In this document: piece by piece, positions 33,279 through 43,938 of the stretch
Layout of the letters: every line of letters begins with the position of its first letter
Position numbering within the stretch: position 1 is the stretch's first letter
Origin: an uncultured bacterium
Lineage (GTDB): Bacteria > Patescibacteriota > Minisyncoccia > Phycocordibacterales > PALSA-1337
Assembly (NCBI GenBank): GCA_903839725.1
Contig: CAIMDG010000002.1
Coordinates: 65,078-129,077, forward strand
Direction: 5' to 3'
Length of the DNA: 64,000 bases
The notes under the pieces: generated by a model
What the model was told of the DNA's origin: nothing
Seen by the model: only the letters and a program-made list of their open reading frames with translations
Databases searched by the model: none
Made by a program: the position numbers and the translations under genes

Positions 33279-33541
33279 AGCCGTTGTCCGGGATTGAACC
33301 GGAGACCTCGTCATTCGTTTACACCTCACCTTACGGGAGGACTAGACTGTATCTTTTTCCATAAAATATATGGAAACCCTTGTCAGTCGTTCGGGTGTTA
33401 CCTATTGTAACGCCACGGTCTTATCCTTATACATTGATAGGACTTTAACCGTTATTCGGGATTCACGTATATGTTACCAAGTACGTGGGCAGGGTCTTAC
33501 GACCTACCAATGACGTGCTCTACCAACTGAGCTACAACGGC
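33279..33541 (-). tRNA. tRNA-Thr(GGT) with intron; exon 1 33541-33506, exon 2 33315-33279
   Basis: Joined exons give a 73-nt cloverleaf: GCCGTTG/CAACGGC, CGTCA-TT-GGT-AA-TGACG, TTCAATC T-loop. Confidence 0.93.
33316..33505 (-). ncRNA. Group I intron, 190 nt, no internal ORF
   Basis: 5' exon ends in U with a U.G pair in P1; terminal G; P4 ACGGT/ACCGT; P7 GACTG/CAGTC; S-like element AAGATACAGTC. Confidence 0.9.
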
Positions 33542-33830
33542 GATTTTCCTTTCCCAAGGAAAATCGGATCGAAGATTTCTTTCGGCGTAAGCCGATAGAA
33601 ATCTGAGACCAGAATTCCTCTACCAATTTCAATCAAGTGCTTTCTATCGCGCGAGCGACAAGATGTACGAGACCAGATTTTCAACTTACTACCACAACGA
33701 CCTAAAACCATTATGGTTGCCTAAGAATAGTCTATTTATCAGATATTTTCAATCAAACAGATTCCGTATTGATATCCTATAAAAAAAGACTATAATCTAC
33801 ACCAGTAAACTTTGAACCCCTTGAAAGCAT

Positions 33831-34301
33831 ATGATAATAGTAACACTAGCCTACTTGGTAACACCGAGTGAAGTCTGGCTTGCTCCAAAAAATAAAAAAG
33901 TTGGTGTGGGTCTTCTCAATGGTTATGGTGGTCAAGTAAAAGAACACGAGACCATCATTCAAGCAGCTCTTCGAGAAACCAAAGAAGAATCACGTGTCGA
34001 AGTGAGTGCAAAGGATCTCATCCACATCACGACTATCAACATATTCCGAGGAGACGAGCACCGTTTTCAATGTCACATATTCCTGATCACCCGTTGGGGA
34101 GGAGAACCGCAGGAAACTGAAGAAATGGGAATTCCCGAAAAATTTCCACGCAACAAGTTGCCTCTTGCCAGAATGCTCCCCGGAGACTCACTTTGGCTTC
34201 CTGAAGTCATGATCGGGCGCCCTATCCCCCAAGGTGGCTTTGTTCGTTACAACAAAGACATGACCCGCGTTATCGAATCGCATTTACCTGCAGCACTTTG
34301 A
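33831..34301 (+). CDS. NUDIX hydrolase (8-oxo-dGTPase-like)
   Basis: NGYGGQVKEHETIIQAALRETKEES, ETEEM, MLPGDSLWL. Confidence 0.85.
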   Translation: MIIVTLAYLVTPSEVWLAPKNKKVGVGLLNGYGGQVKEHETIIQAALRETKEESRVEVSAKDLIHITTINIFRGDEHRFQCHIFLITRWGGEPQETEEMGIPEKFPRNKLPLARMLPGDSLWLPEVMIGRPIPQGGFVRYNKDMTRVIESHLPAAL

Positions 34302-34397
34302 ACGGTCTGCTCTAAACAAAAATCCACGTGAAGCATCAAGCTTCCGTGGAATTTTTATTGTGCACGATAAGCAGAAAGCTTATCGTGTTTTTCCTTG

Positions 34398-34471
34398 CGC
34401 GGCCAAGCGGGCTCGAACCGCCAACCTCTCGCGTGACAGGCGAGTGCTCTAACCAGTTGAGCTATGGCCGC
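34398..34471 (-). tRNA. tRNA-Asp(GTC), no intron
   Basis: GCGGCCA/TGGCCGC; CTCGC-CT-GTC-AC-GCGAG. Confidence 0.95.
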
Positions 34472-34578
34472 AAGTGAGGACTCATGACAAAGCGTGCGTT
34501 ACGCTTGGACATGAAGTCCGAGCGCAGCGGCTATACGTATCTAGTATGGCCGCAAGTGAGGACTCATGACAAAGCGTG
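34463..34578. repeat. 34-bp direct repeat overlapping the tRNA-Asp 5' end, with an imperfect inverted copy between
   Basis: TATGGCCGCAAGTGAGGACTCATGACAAAGCGTG at 34463-34496 and 34545-34578. Confidence 0.9.
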
Positions 34579-34673
34579 TAAACACTCTAAATACTAGAGT
34601 GGCATCAGTGTAGCAAAAAATGGCAGAAAAACAAGATTATTCACATATTACTATTCTCCCCCACTATTTACTG

Positions 34674-34747
34674 TGTCGGCGGAAGGGATCGAACCTTCGA
34701 CCTTGGGCTTATGAGTCCCACGCTCTAACCAACTGAGCTACGCCGAC
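34674..34747 (-). tRNA. tRNA-Met(CAT), probably elongator
   Basis: GTCGGCG/CGCCGAC; TGGGA-CT-CAT-AA-GCCCA; a separate Ile(TAT) gene argues against Ile2. Confidence 0.88.
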
Positions 34748-34886
34748 AATAACAAGGAATATTCCTTGTGAACCCTAACAATAATAGAAAATTGCCTATT
34801 ATGCAATTGTCTGTTGCACTTCAGCGAGGTTTATGGCAAAATGAATCAATCGTCACTGGTGAGTAATTCAGCCAACAGATGAATAT

Positions 34887-34958
34887 CGCGGGGTAGGGTA
34901 ACAGTAACCCGTCAGGCTCATAACCTGAAAATTGTCGGTGCGATTCCGGCCCCCGCAA
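34887..34958 (+). tRNA. Initiator tRNA-fMet(CAT)
   Basis: CGCGGGG..CCCCGCA with C1:A72 mismatch; TCAGG-CT-CAT-AA-CCTGA. Confidence 0.9.
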
Positions 34959-34976
34959 CAAGAATAGTAGCCAAAA

Positions 34977-35558
34977 CTATATATAGTAGAACTCATCAAA
35001 CACTTTTTTGTACAAGTGGTACGCTTCTTGCGCCTCGATCTTATTCAAGGTAAAACCAACTTCGTGCGCAATTCTATTACGAACCTTATGTGCTTCCCAT
35101 GCATCTTGCAACGTCTTAAAATCACCTGGCTCAACACGCTTGAGTTTCTCCCCTACACTTTCACCACGGTATCCCATCTTACTCAGCAATTCATCGAGAA
35201 TCATATCTGCTTCAAGGATAGCCTGCTTCCAGTCATTCTGATTTGGTGAATCAATATGTTTAACAACATTTTCCCAGCGATGTGCCATAACCACATCACC
35301 ACTCTCGGGTAGACGTTCAAATGCTTCCTCGACGTTTGCCTCATGAATAAGTGCCTCTTTTTTTCGCAGCACTTTCAAACGTTCAACTGAATATATGATT
35401 GCAATAATAAAGAAAATAGAAACAACAATTGAAAGTCCTACGAGGATACCTGCCGCGTCTTTGATCCATACAACTATCGTTGGCCACCAAAGTGCAAATT
35501 GATGAGGAAGATTCCCCACATCGATTCCTGGAAGAATTATATTAGTACTATTAGCCAT
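34977..35558 (-). CDS. Conserved-looking single-TM hypothetical protein
   Basis: TM followed by WKQAILEADMILDELL..GESVGEKLK..AWEAHKVRNRIAHE (HEPN-like RxxxxH). Confidence 0.75.
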   Translation of the reverse strand: MANSTNIILPGIDVGNLPHQFALWWPTIVVWIKDAAGILVGLSIVVSIFFIIAIIYSVERLKVLRKKEALIHEANVEEAFERLPESGDVVMAHRWENVVKHIDSPNQNDWKQAILEADMILDELLSKMGYRGESVGEKLKRVEPGDFKTLQDAWEAHKVRNRIAHEVGFTLNKIEAQEAYHLYKKVFDEFYYI

Positions 35559-35578
35559 AAATAGATTATATAACAAAA

Positions 35579-35706
35579 AGAACACCCTCGCATGTGTATT
35601 GGTCCGCAACTCCGTGGTTATTTTAAAATATGTGTCTAAAGAAAAATGTAATGAAATAATATCCAGCTGGGAATATTACGGACCAATACACATGCGAGGG
35701 TGTTCT
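35579..35706. repeat. Hairpin family 2, copy 2: 28-bp perfect arms, 72-nt loop
   Basis: 35579-35606 is the reverse complement of 35679-35706; loop matches 16618-16680. Confidence 0.93.
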
Positions 35707-35719
35707 ACACTCACCAAAA

Positions 35720-37165
35720 CTACTCACCGAGAAAATCTTTTCCTATAGTAAACAAACCAGCTTCGTCACCATGTCGAGCAGTTAACTGAAGACCAATAGG
35801 TAAATCTTTGCCATCTTTTTTCGTCATACCACATGGAATAGAAAGTGCTGGCATACCTGTAATGTTTGCAGTTACCGTGAAAATATCTTCAAGATACATA
35901 GAAATAGGATCATTATTCTTTTCGCCAATTTTGAATGCTGGTGATGGAGCTGTCGGTGTTGCAATAAAATCAACTGATGCAAAAGCTTTCAAGAAGTCTG
36001 TAGTGATCATAGTGCGCACAGCATTGGCGCGATTGTAATACGCATCATAATATCCTGACGAAAGTACATACGTACCGAGCAAAATACGACGAATGACTTC
36101 ACGTCCAAGTCCTGCACGACGTGTTTCAAAATAATCCTGAATACCTGTCTCACCGTCCTTGTGAAGACCATACTTAACACCATCGAAACGAGCCATGTTC
36201 GAAGAGACTTCTGCTGGCATAATGATGTAATACACCAACAATGAATATGAAATATTTGGCAGCTGTATATCTATTATTTCATAGCCTTTTTGCTTGAATG
36301 ATTCGAGGGATGCATTGAACGCATCCATAACAGCTGGATCAATTCCCTCTTTCAAGAAATGTCGTGGCACTCCAATCACTGGTTTTGTTTTGGATGATAC
36401 ATTCTTTGGTGTGTATGTTTTTGTATCTATGGTTGTTCCATCATGAATATCTTTTCCTTTAATTGCGTTGAAAATAATCTCACTATCAGTGACAGTCTGT
36501 GAAATGGGACCAATCTGATCGAGTGATGAACCCATAGCAATAGCACCATAACGAGATACTGCTCCATAGGTAGGCTTGAGTCCTACAACACCACAGAAAC
36601 TCGCTGGCTGACGAATAGAGCCTCCTGTATCGGTGCCGAGTGTGAATACCGCACCATCCATGGCAACCGTGGCTGCAGAACCTCCAGAAGAACCACCCGC
36701 AACTCTACTTGTATCATACGGATTCTTGGTAACACCAAATGCAGAATTCTCTGTAGAACCACCCATGGCAAATTCATCCATATTGAGACGGCCAAGAAAT
36801 ACCACACCTTCCTTTTTAAGTTTTTCAATAACTGTCGCATCATATGTCGCATGATACTTCTCAAGAATCTTCGAGGCTGCACTCGCAACATGTCCTTGAA
36901 TGAGAATGTTATCTTTGATTCCACATGGAATGCCTACGAGTAACCCAAAATCTTGATTCTTATTTCGTGAATCAGCGATCTTCACATCTGCTTGTTTTGC
37001 CTGTTCGAGAGCATCGGCAAATACTTCCAAGTATGCGTTGATTTCCGGATTCTTACCTTTGATCTGTTCTAGATATGCCTGTGTCAGTTGCACTGAAGTA
37101 TATTCACCCTTCTTAAGAGCTTCATGTGCTTTCTGTATTGTTAGTTTATGTAAATCTATTGCCAT
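35720..37165 (-). CDS. gatA: Asp/Glu-tRNA amidotransferase subunit A
   Basis: GIKDNI, MDEFAMG, GGSSGGS, TDTGGSIRQPA, RRILLGTYVLSSGYYDAYY. Confidence 0.97.
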   Translation of the reverse strand: MAIDLHKLTIQKAHEALKKGEYTSVQLTQAYLEQIKGKNPEINAYLEVFADALEQAKQADVKIADSRNKNQDFGLLVGIPCGIKDNILIQGHVASAASKILEKYHATYDATVIEKLKKEGVVFLGRLNMDEFAMGGSTENSAFGVTKNPYDTSRVAGGSSGGSAATVAMDGAVFTLGTDTGGSIRQPASFCGVVGLKPTYGAVSRYGAIAMGSSLDQIGPISQTVTDSEIIFNAIKGKDIHDGTTIDTKTYTPKNVSSKTKPVIGVPRHFLKEGIDPAVMDAFNASLESFKQKGYEIIDIQLPNISYSLLVYYIIMPAEVSSNMARFDGVKYGLHKDGETGIQDYFETRRAGLGREVIRRILLGTYVLSSGYYDAYYNRANAVRTMITTDFLKAFASVDFIATPTAPSPAFKIGEKNNDPISMYLEDIFTVTANITGMPALSIPCGMTKKDGKDLPIGLQLTARHGDEAGLFTIGKDFLGE

Positions 37166-37178
37166 GGTTTTTGTGTTT

Positions 37179-37215
37179 TATTCGCGTCATTCGCATGCAT
37201 TCGCGGATTTGCATC
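37179..37215. repeat. Single arm of the GCGAAT-rich repeat between gatC and gatA
   Basis: TATTCGCGTCATTCGCATGCATTCGCGGATTTGCATC, 34/37 identical to 1731-1767. Confidence 0.9.
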
Positions 37216-37216
37216 G

Positions 37217-37501
37217 TTACAGTATTTTTTTAACTGCAATAAAATCCCCTTCTCGATCTGGAGCTTCACTCAACAGACCCTCGCGATCTTCCTTGGAAAT
37301 CTGACGTGCCTCATCTGGGCGCATGATATTTTTGACTGCACCAACACGACCCTCAGTATCAGTAGAAACCTCAACTTTTTTGAGCTGGTCAATATAACCA
37401 AGAATAGAATCAAACTCTTTGACGAGTGAGACCTTATCTTCTTCGGTGATTTTGATGCGCGCCAATGTCGCCAATTTCTCTATTTCTGCGGGAGTTATCA
37501 T
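37217..37501 (-). CDS. gatC: Asp/Glu-tRNA amidotransferase subunit C
   Basis: IEKLATLARI..ILGYIDQL..NIMRPD..FIAVKKIL; upstream of gatA. Confidence 0.93.
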   Translation of the reverse strand: MITPAEIEKLATLARIKITEEDKVSLVKEFDSILGYIDQLKKVEVSTDTEGRVGAVKNIMRPDEARQISKEDREGLLSEAPDREGDFIAVKKIL

Positions 37502-37532
37502 GTTGAAGATTGTAACAGCGAGAAGGAGGAAG

Positions 37533-37657
37533 GGCAAGAAGGGGGAGCGATGCAAATTACGAATGAACGCGAATGACGCGAATACATCGCGTCCGGATGC
37601 GACGTATTCGCGTCATTCGCATACATTTGCGGATTTGCATCGGCACCCCTTCTTGCC
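37533..37657. repeat. Inverted pair of the GCGAAT-rich repeat between ligA and gatC
   Basis: GGCAAGAAGGGG..CGATGCAAAT..GCGAATGACGCGAATAC paired with GTATTCGCGTCATTCGC..ATTTGCATCG..CCCCTTCTTGCC. Confidence 0.9.
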
Positions 37658-37658
37658 A

Positions 37659-39749
<2,091 letters not shown>

Positions 39750-39785
39750 CTAAGGATAGCAAAATTGAAGAAAAAGGGCGAAGAA

Positions 39786-40454
39786 TTACCAGCGAGGATA
39801 CGAAACATTCTGAGCACGTTCAACAGTATTGGCGTTACCGGTATCATAATTATATCGACCAGACGAAGAATCATACTTACAGACACTATACCCTCGAGCA
39901 GCAATACTCGTTATTCCTCCAGTACCAACGGCCTTTGGACTTGTTGTATAAGTAATAATTGCACATCCAATATCAGGGTCTTGTCCAAATGGAATTGCAT
40001 AGTAACTCCATGTTGTAACATTGGTTGTTGAATCATATGAAAAAGAACTTTGAACCAAAGGAACACCGTTACACGTAGGAGTGTGTAGACTACTCAAAAT
40101 GCCAGGATGTGCAGTAAAACCAGCAGGATCAGGAGGTACATTTGGTGTATAATATCCACTACTAGGATTGTCTGTATATGTCCATGCATGAGACTCTCCA
40201 ATACCAAAATCAGTTCCTGGCTCAAGCTTCCCTGTGGATGATGCGATATTTAACCATGAAACAGACTCCGTACATTCTCGTGCAGATTTAGCATTATATG
40301 AAGCTTTCATAGATTCACGAGCAGCTGTCGCCAATTGAAATTGCTTTTTACTCACCGAAAGGATGAACATAGCAACACTAAGTACAAGCGATGAAATGAT
40401 AACCGCAAATAGAAGTGTGTATCCAGATTGTGTGTATTTCAATTTCATTATCAT
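39786..40454 (-). CDS. Minor pilin-like protein (PilX-like)
   Basis: QSG/YTLLFAV prepilin-like N-terminus lacking E5. Confidence 0.7.
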   Translation of the reverse strand: MIMKLKYTQSGYTLLFAVIISSLVLSVAMFILSVSKKQFQLATAARESMKASYNAKSARECTESVSWLNIASSTGKLEPGTDFGIGESHAWTYTDNPSSGYYTPNVPPDPAGFTAHPGILSSLHTPTCNGVPLVQSSFSYDSTTNVTTWSYYAIPFGQDPDIGCAIITYTTSPKAVGTGGITSIAARGYSVCKYDSSSGRYNYDTGNANTVERAQNVSYPRW

Positions 40455-41057
40455 TTATTTGTTAGTTTGCTGTGTCACATTCAGATACAGATCAATCTCA
40501 TTCTCAATTGTTGTAGTATTCCATGAAACAGTAACGTGGATACGGCACTCTTGATCATCAGCATAACTACAAGAAGGAACAGACAAAGTAGGAGAACCAG
40601 GAGGCAAAACAGCAGTAGCTTTTTCTAAATAAAATCCACGTTTGAATACGGTTTTGTTTCCACTATCATTGGTCGAATATATATTCTTATCACTTACAAA
40701 CAACGGGCACAATGCTCCGCTTGGACCACAATTTGTAAAATTGCCTGGTGTAATTGTATCGAAATCACAACGATGATATTGATCGCCACAACTCGTATTT
40801 AATTTTGATATAAATGTATCGAATTTACTTCCGAGGAGATCATTGTAATCTAAATTTGATTTCTGATTTTTAATCGTTTCCATTGCTTCTTGTGCCAAAT
40901 ATGAAGCAGTCATCTGATCTTTTGCATATAAAGCAGAGGTTAATCCTTTACTTGCAATCAATAATGGCCCCGCAATTGCAATCATAAGTAATGTCACTGC
41001 CACGAGTGTCTCGATGATGGTAAAACCTTTTTGAGTTATGCGATGTAGTGATCTCAT
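40455..41057 (-). CDS. Minor pilin (PilV-like)
   Basis: KG/FTIIETLVA class III signal, ASYLAQEAME. Confidence 0.85.
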   Translation of the reverse strand: MRSLHRITQKGFTIIETLVAVTLLMIAIAGPLLIASKGLTSALYAKDQMTASYLAQEAMETIKNQKSNLDYNDLLGSKFDTFISKLNTSCGDQYHRCDFDTITPGNFTNCGPSGALCPLFVSDKNIYSTNDSGNKTVFKRGFYLEKATAVLPPGSPTLSVPSCSYADDQECRIHVTVSWNTTTIENEIDLYLNVTQQTNK

Positions 41058-41740
41058 ATAAGTTGAGGTTTTGCGAGAGAAATAGCTGTTTGAACATCAA
41101 AGTACGTCTTCTCCAATTCACTTACCCCTGCAAATCCTGAAAGGTGTAAGAAAGTGAGCGGATACTTTTGAGGAGGAACAGCGGAGGAATCATAACTTAC
41201 TTTTATTGAAAAATCGCTCAGAGTAACCTCAGGTGCAGTAACAGGTACGAACGGTGCATTACTACTTCCGAAGCTATCGGTACAACTTGTTTGTTCAGAT
41301 TTTTCAAGAGTGAATGATGTTGCGCCTATAGAAGTAACATGGAAAAAATATGCATCAGAAAGTGTTTGACCTAGATCCACATCACAACCCGAACCAGAGT
41401 TTGGAGTTTGAAATACCAATACAAGACTTTTGCCAGCTGATAGATTACTTTCGCACGCAATACCAGAAGGAATAGCTGTCAATGTTGGAGAGCTAGTATT
41501 TGGTGCAATATTATTATCACAGTGCACTGCTGATGCCAAACTCAATTCACGAGACATAATATCAAGTGCGAAATTAACATTTGTGATTGACGACATGAGC
41601 GCCTGTGCTTTTTTATTCACACTCACGATTTTTATCATCGCTCCGAGAGCAATAACTGCAACAACAGAAAAAATCATAAGTGACACAACTATCTCCACCA
41701 ATGAAAATCCTCGTCTTTGTTTTTGTCGTGAAATATTCAT
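41054..41740 (-). CDS. Minor pilin (PilW-like)
   Basis: RG/FSLVEIVV, ALDIMSREL. Confidence 0.85.
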   Translation of the reverse strand: MNISRQKQRRGFSLVEIVVSLMIFSVVAVIALGAMIKIVSVNKKAQALMSSITNVNFALDIMSRELSLASAVHCDNNIAPNTSSPTLTAIPSGIACESNLSAGKSLVLVFQTPNSGSGCDVDLGQTLSDAYFFHVTSIGATSFTLEKSEQTSCTDSFGSSNAPFVPVTAPEVTLSDFSIKVSYDSSAVPPQKYPLTFLHLSGFAGVSELEKTYFDVQTAISLAKPQLI

Positions 41741-41741
41741 A

Positions 41742-42452
41742 TTAGTTTTCTATGGTGATTTGACCATTTCTATATACAACTACTGTACGATAATTGTCCG
41801 GATTACTGTCGCTCACGATTTTCACCCGTACACTTGTTATACCCGCAGCAGCATCACACTGAGGATTAACTCCGTCAGCATCTACCATGCATATATGCGA
41901 ACTTGAGTCTGGTCTTTTGAAATATACATCAACGGTTGGATAAGTTGAACCTATACTATGCGTTCTGGATTGATCAGTTATTCTATCTATATGTGCACCA
42001 TTTCTAAGGGTGTATGTATATATATCTGCAGATGATCCTGTTGGTCCTGTCAATGCTGGATACGTATAATACGTCTTCAATGAAGTGATAGGCATTGCAT
42101 ACAAAGTAAATGTGGTATTTACACTAGAACTAAAATGAATACCGTACACGCATTGAAAGGGGTTTGCTCCGGCCTGATTACAGGGATTATTTATATCATC
42201 GGCAGCTTTCACACTCACACCGAATGTTTGTGCTGTTCTGAATGTCAGTGCCATGTCATATGCCAAGTTAGTCAGAAGAACATTTTGATTGAAATTTCCG
42301 TATTTTGAGATGACGAGTGTTGTCATAAATACGAATATACTTACTGTCACCATGAGTTCCACGAGAGTGAAAGCACGAACAGCGAGAAAAGATCTTTTAC
42401 CAAGAGAAGATCTCGACGATGAACCATGCAACATAGAACGTAATAACTTCAT
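41742..42452 (-). CDS. Minor pilin (FimU/GspH-like)
   Basis: RA/FTLVELMV, FRTAQ, C-terminal NGQI. Confidence 0.85.
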   Translation of the reverse strand: MKLLRSMLHGSSSRSSLGKRSFLAVRAFTLVELMVTVSIFVFMTTLVISKYGNFNQNVLLTNLAYDMALTFRTAQTFGVSVKAADDINNPCNQAGANPFQCVYGIHFSSSVNTTFTLYAMPITSLKTYYTYPALTGPTGSSADIYTYTLRNGAHIDRITDQSRTHSIGSTYPTVDVYFKRPDSSSHICMVDADGVNPQCDAAAGITSVRVKIVSDSNPDNYRTVVVYRNGQITIEN

Positions 42453-42543
42453 TGCTATTATTATACATTAAATAGCCAATCACTCGCTACCATCCTCGGT
42501 GCACTCTAGAAAATCAGGCCAAACATGGGGTGCCTCAATAACT

Positions 42544-43347
42544 CTAGAAATATGAAGCTATAATTTGTTTCAAGAGACTAAAATCGAGCACTTGAACATG
42601 GAATAAAAGCACGAGATACATGCCGAGAATAAGATACGGACCAAATGGTATCTCTGTTTTTGCTTTGAATTTCTTGTACACAATGAAAAGCCATAGGACA
42701 CTGAATACTGAACCAATCCAAAATGCCAAAATGAGAGCATTTATACCTGCCCCGATACCGAGTAACCACCCAATACCGAGAACGAGCTTGGCATCACCGA
42801 GACCCATCCATGATCCCTTTGATACAAGCCACATAAGAGCAAATGGGAGAGCTAATAGTGGACCTGCAAGTAATGCTGAAAGTGTAGGCACATGGAACCA
42901 TGAGCTTCCTCCAACAAAAAGACTGATAATAGCGAGAATAGAAAAGGTATACGAAAACTGGTCAGGAATAATTTTATGTTTGATATCATACACCGTAACA
43001 ACCAGAAGAAGACAGGTAATAATTGCGTACAAAATAGTGACAGATGCAGTAAGGGGTGTCGTTGGAGGAAATGCCAAGAAGATAAGAACGAAGATAGCAC
43101 CAGCGATGAATTCAACGAGTGGATACTGCCACGAAATCTTACTCTTACACTTTTTGCATGCCCCCTTTTGAACGAGAAAACTGAACAATGGCACTAACTC
43201 TTTCCAGGTCAATGTTTCTCCACATGACATACACTTCGAACGACCATTGATGCCAACACCTGTGTTGAAACGAAGTGATACCACATTCAAGAAACTTCCG
43301 ATGATTGTACCAAAAATAAATGAAAATATAATAGAAAAAATATCCAT
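42544..43347 (-). CDS. pilD: Prepilin peptidase
   Basis: GSFLNVV, RSKCMSC, CKKC, MGLGDAKL, IPFGPY. Confidence 0.95.
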   Translation of the reverse strand: MDIFSIIFSFIFGTIIGSFLNVVSLRFNTGVGINGRSKCMSCGETLTWKELVPLFSFLVQKGACKKCKSKISWQYPLVEFIAGAIFVLIFLAFPPTTPLTASVTILYAIITCLLLVVTVYDIKHKIIPDQFSYTFSILAIISLFVGGSSWFHVPTLSALLAGPLLALPFALMWLVSKGSWMGLGDAKLVLGIGWLLGIGAGINALILAFWIGSVFSVLWLFIVYKKFKAKTEIPFGPYLILGMYLVLLFHVQVLDFSLLKQIIASYF

Positions 43348-43350
43348 AAA

Positions 43351-43938
43351 TTAGAGTTTTGAACTGAGACAATATAATTTTGATGTTTTGTATGCTGGAT
43401 CACTGTCAAAACATACTAAATGATATGAATCTTGCGGAAGTATAGGATGAGTAACATCTCCAAACTGTCTAATTTCAAGCAGACCTTCTGCAGCATTATT
43501 AAAACTGTCTGATTGAATAGAACTATTTTGTTCAAGAGTGGTACGGAGTAAAAAAGCATTTTTGGCAGTATTTCTTACATATTCATAATATGTACTAGTC
43601 CCCGGATCCTTCGGAACTGTCCCTAAATAATCTCCCAAAGTGACTTGCTGTGGTGATATGTTAGGGCACGATGTACCCAAATTAAAATCAGCCTTTCCTG
43701 CTGTTTCTGATGCCGGATACTCTCTACATCTATCAAAATAATACGCCAATGCAACCTGAATATTTCCCAAATCAGACACCCTCTTTCCATCTCGAGACTT
43801 TGCTTTTGCACTACTGAAATTTGCCACAACGACAGTTGTTAATATGCCGATGATGGCAACAACTATCATGAGTTCTATAAGTGAGAAGGCGCGGTTTTGA
43901 CAAGGTCTACCCTTGTTGGAGAATAATTTGAATTTCAT
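43351..43938 (-). CDS. Type IV pilin/GspG-like protein
   Basis: RA/FSLIELMIV, AKSRDGKRVSD, VPKDP. Confidence 0.88.
   Translation of the reverse strand: MKFKLFSNKGRPCQNRAFSLIELMIVVAIIGILTTVVVANFSSAKAKSRDGKRVSDLGNIQVALAYYFDRCREYPASETAGKADFNLGTSCPNISPQQVTLGDYLGTVPKDPGTSTYYEYVRNTAKNAFLLRTTLEQNSSIQSDSFNNAAEGLLEIRQFGDVTHPILPQDSYHLVCFDSDPAYKTSKLYCLSSKL

Noticed and set aside
34674-34747. tRNA(CAT) as Ile2
   Set aside because: A tRNA-Ile(TAT) exists at 62496, so elongator Met is more likely, though unproven.
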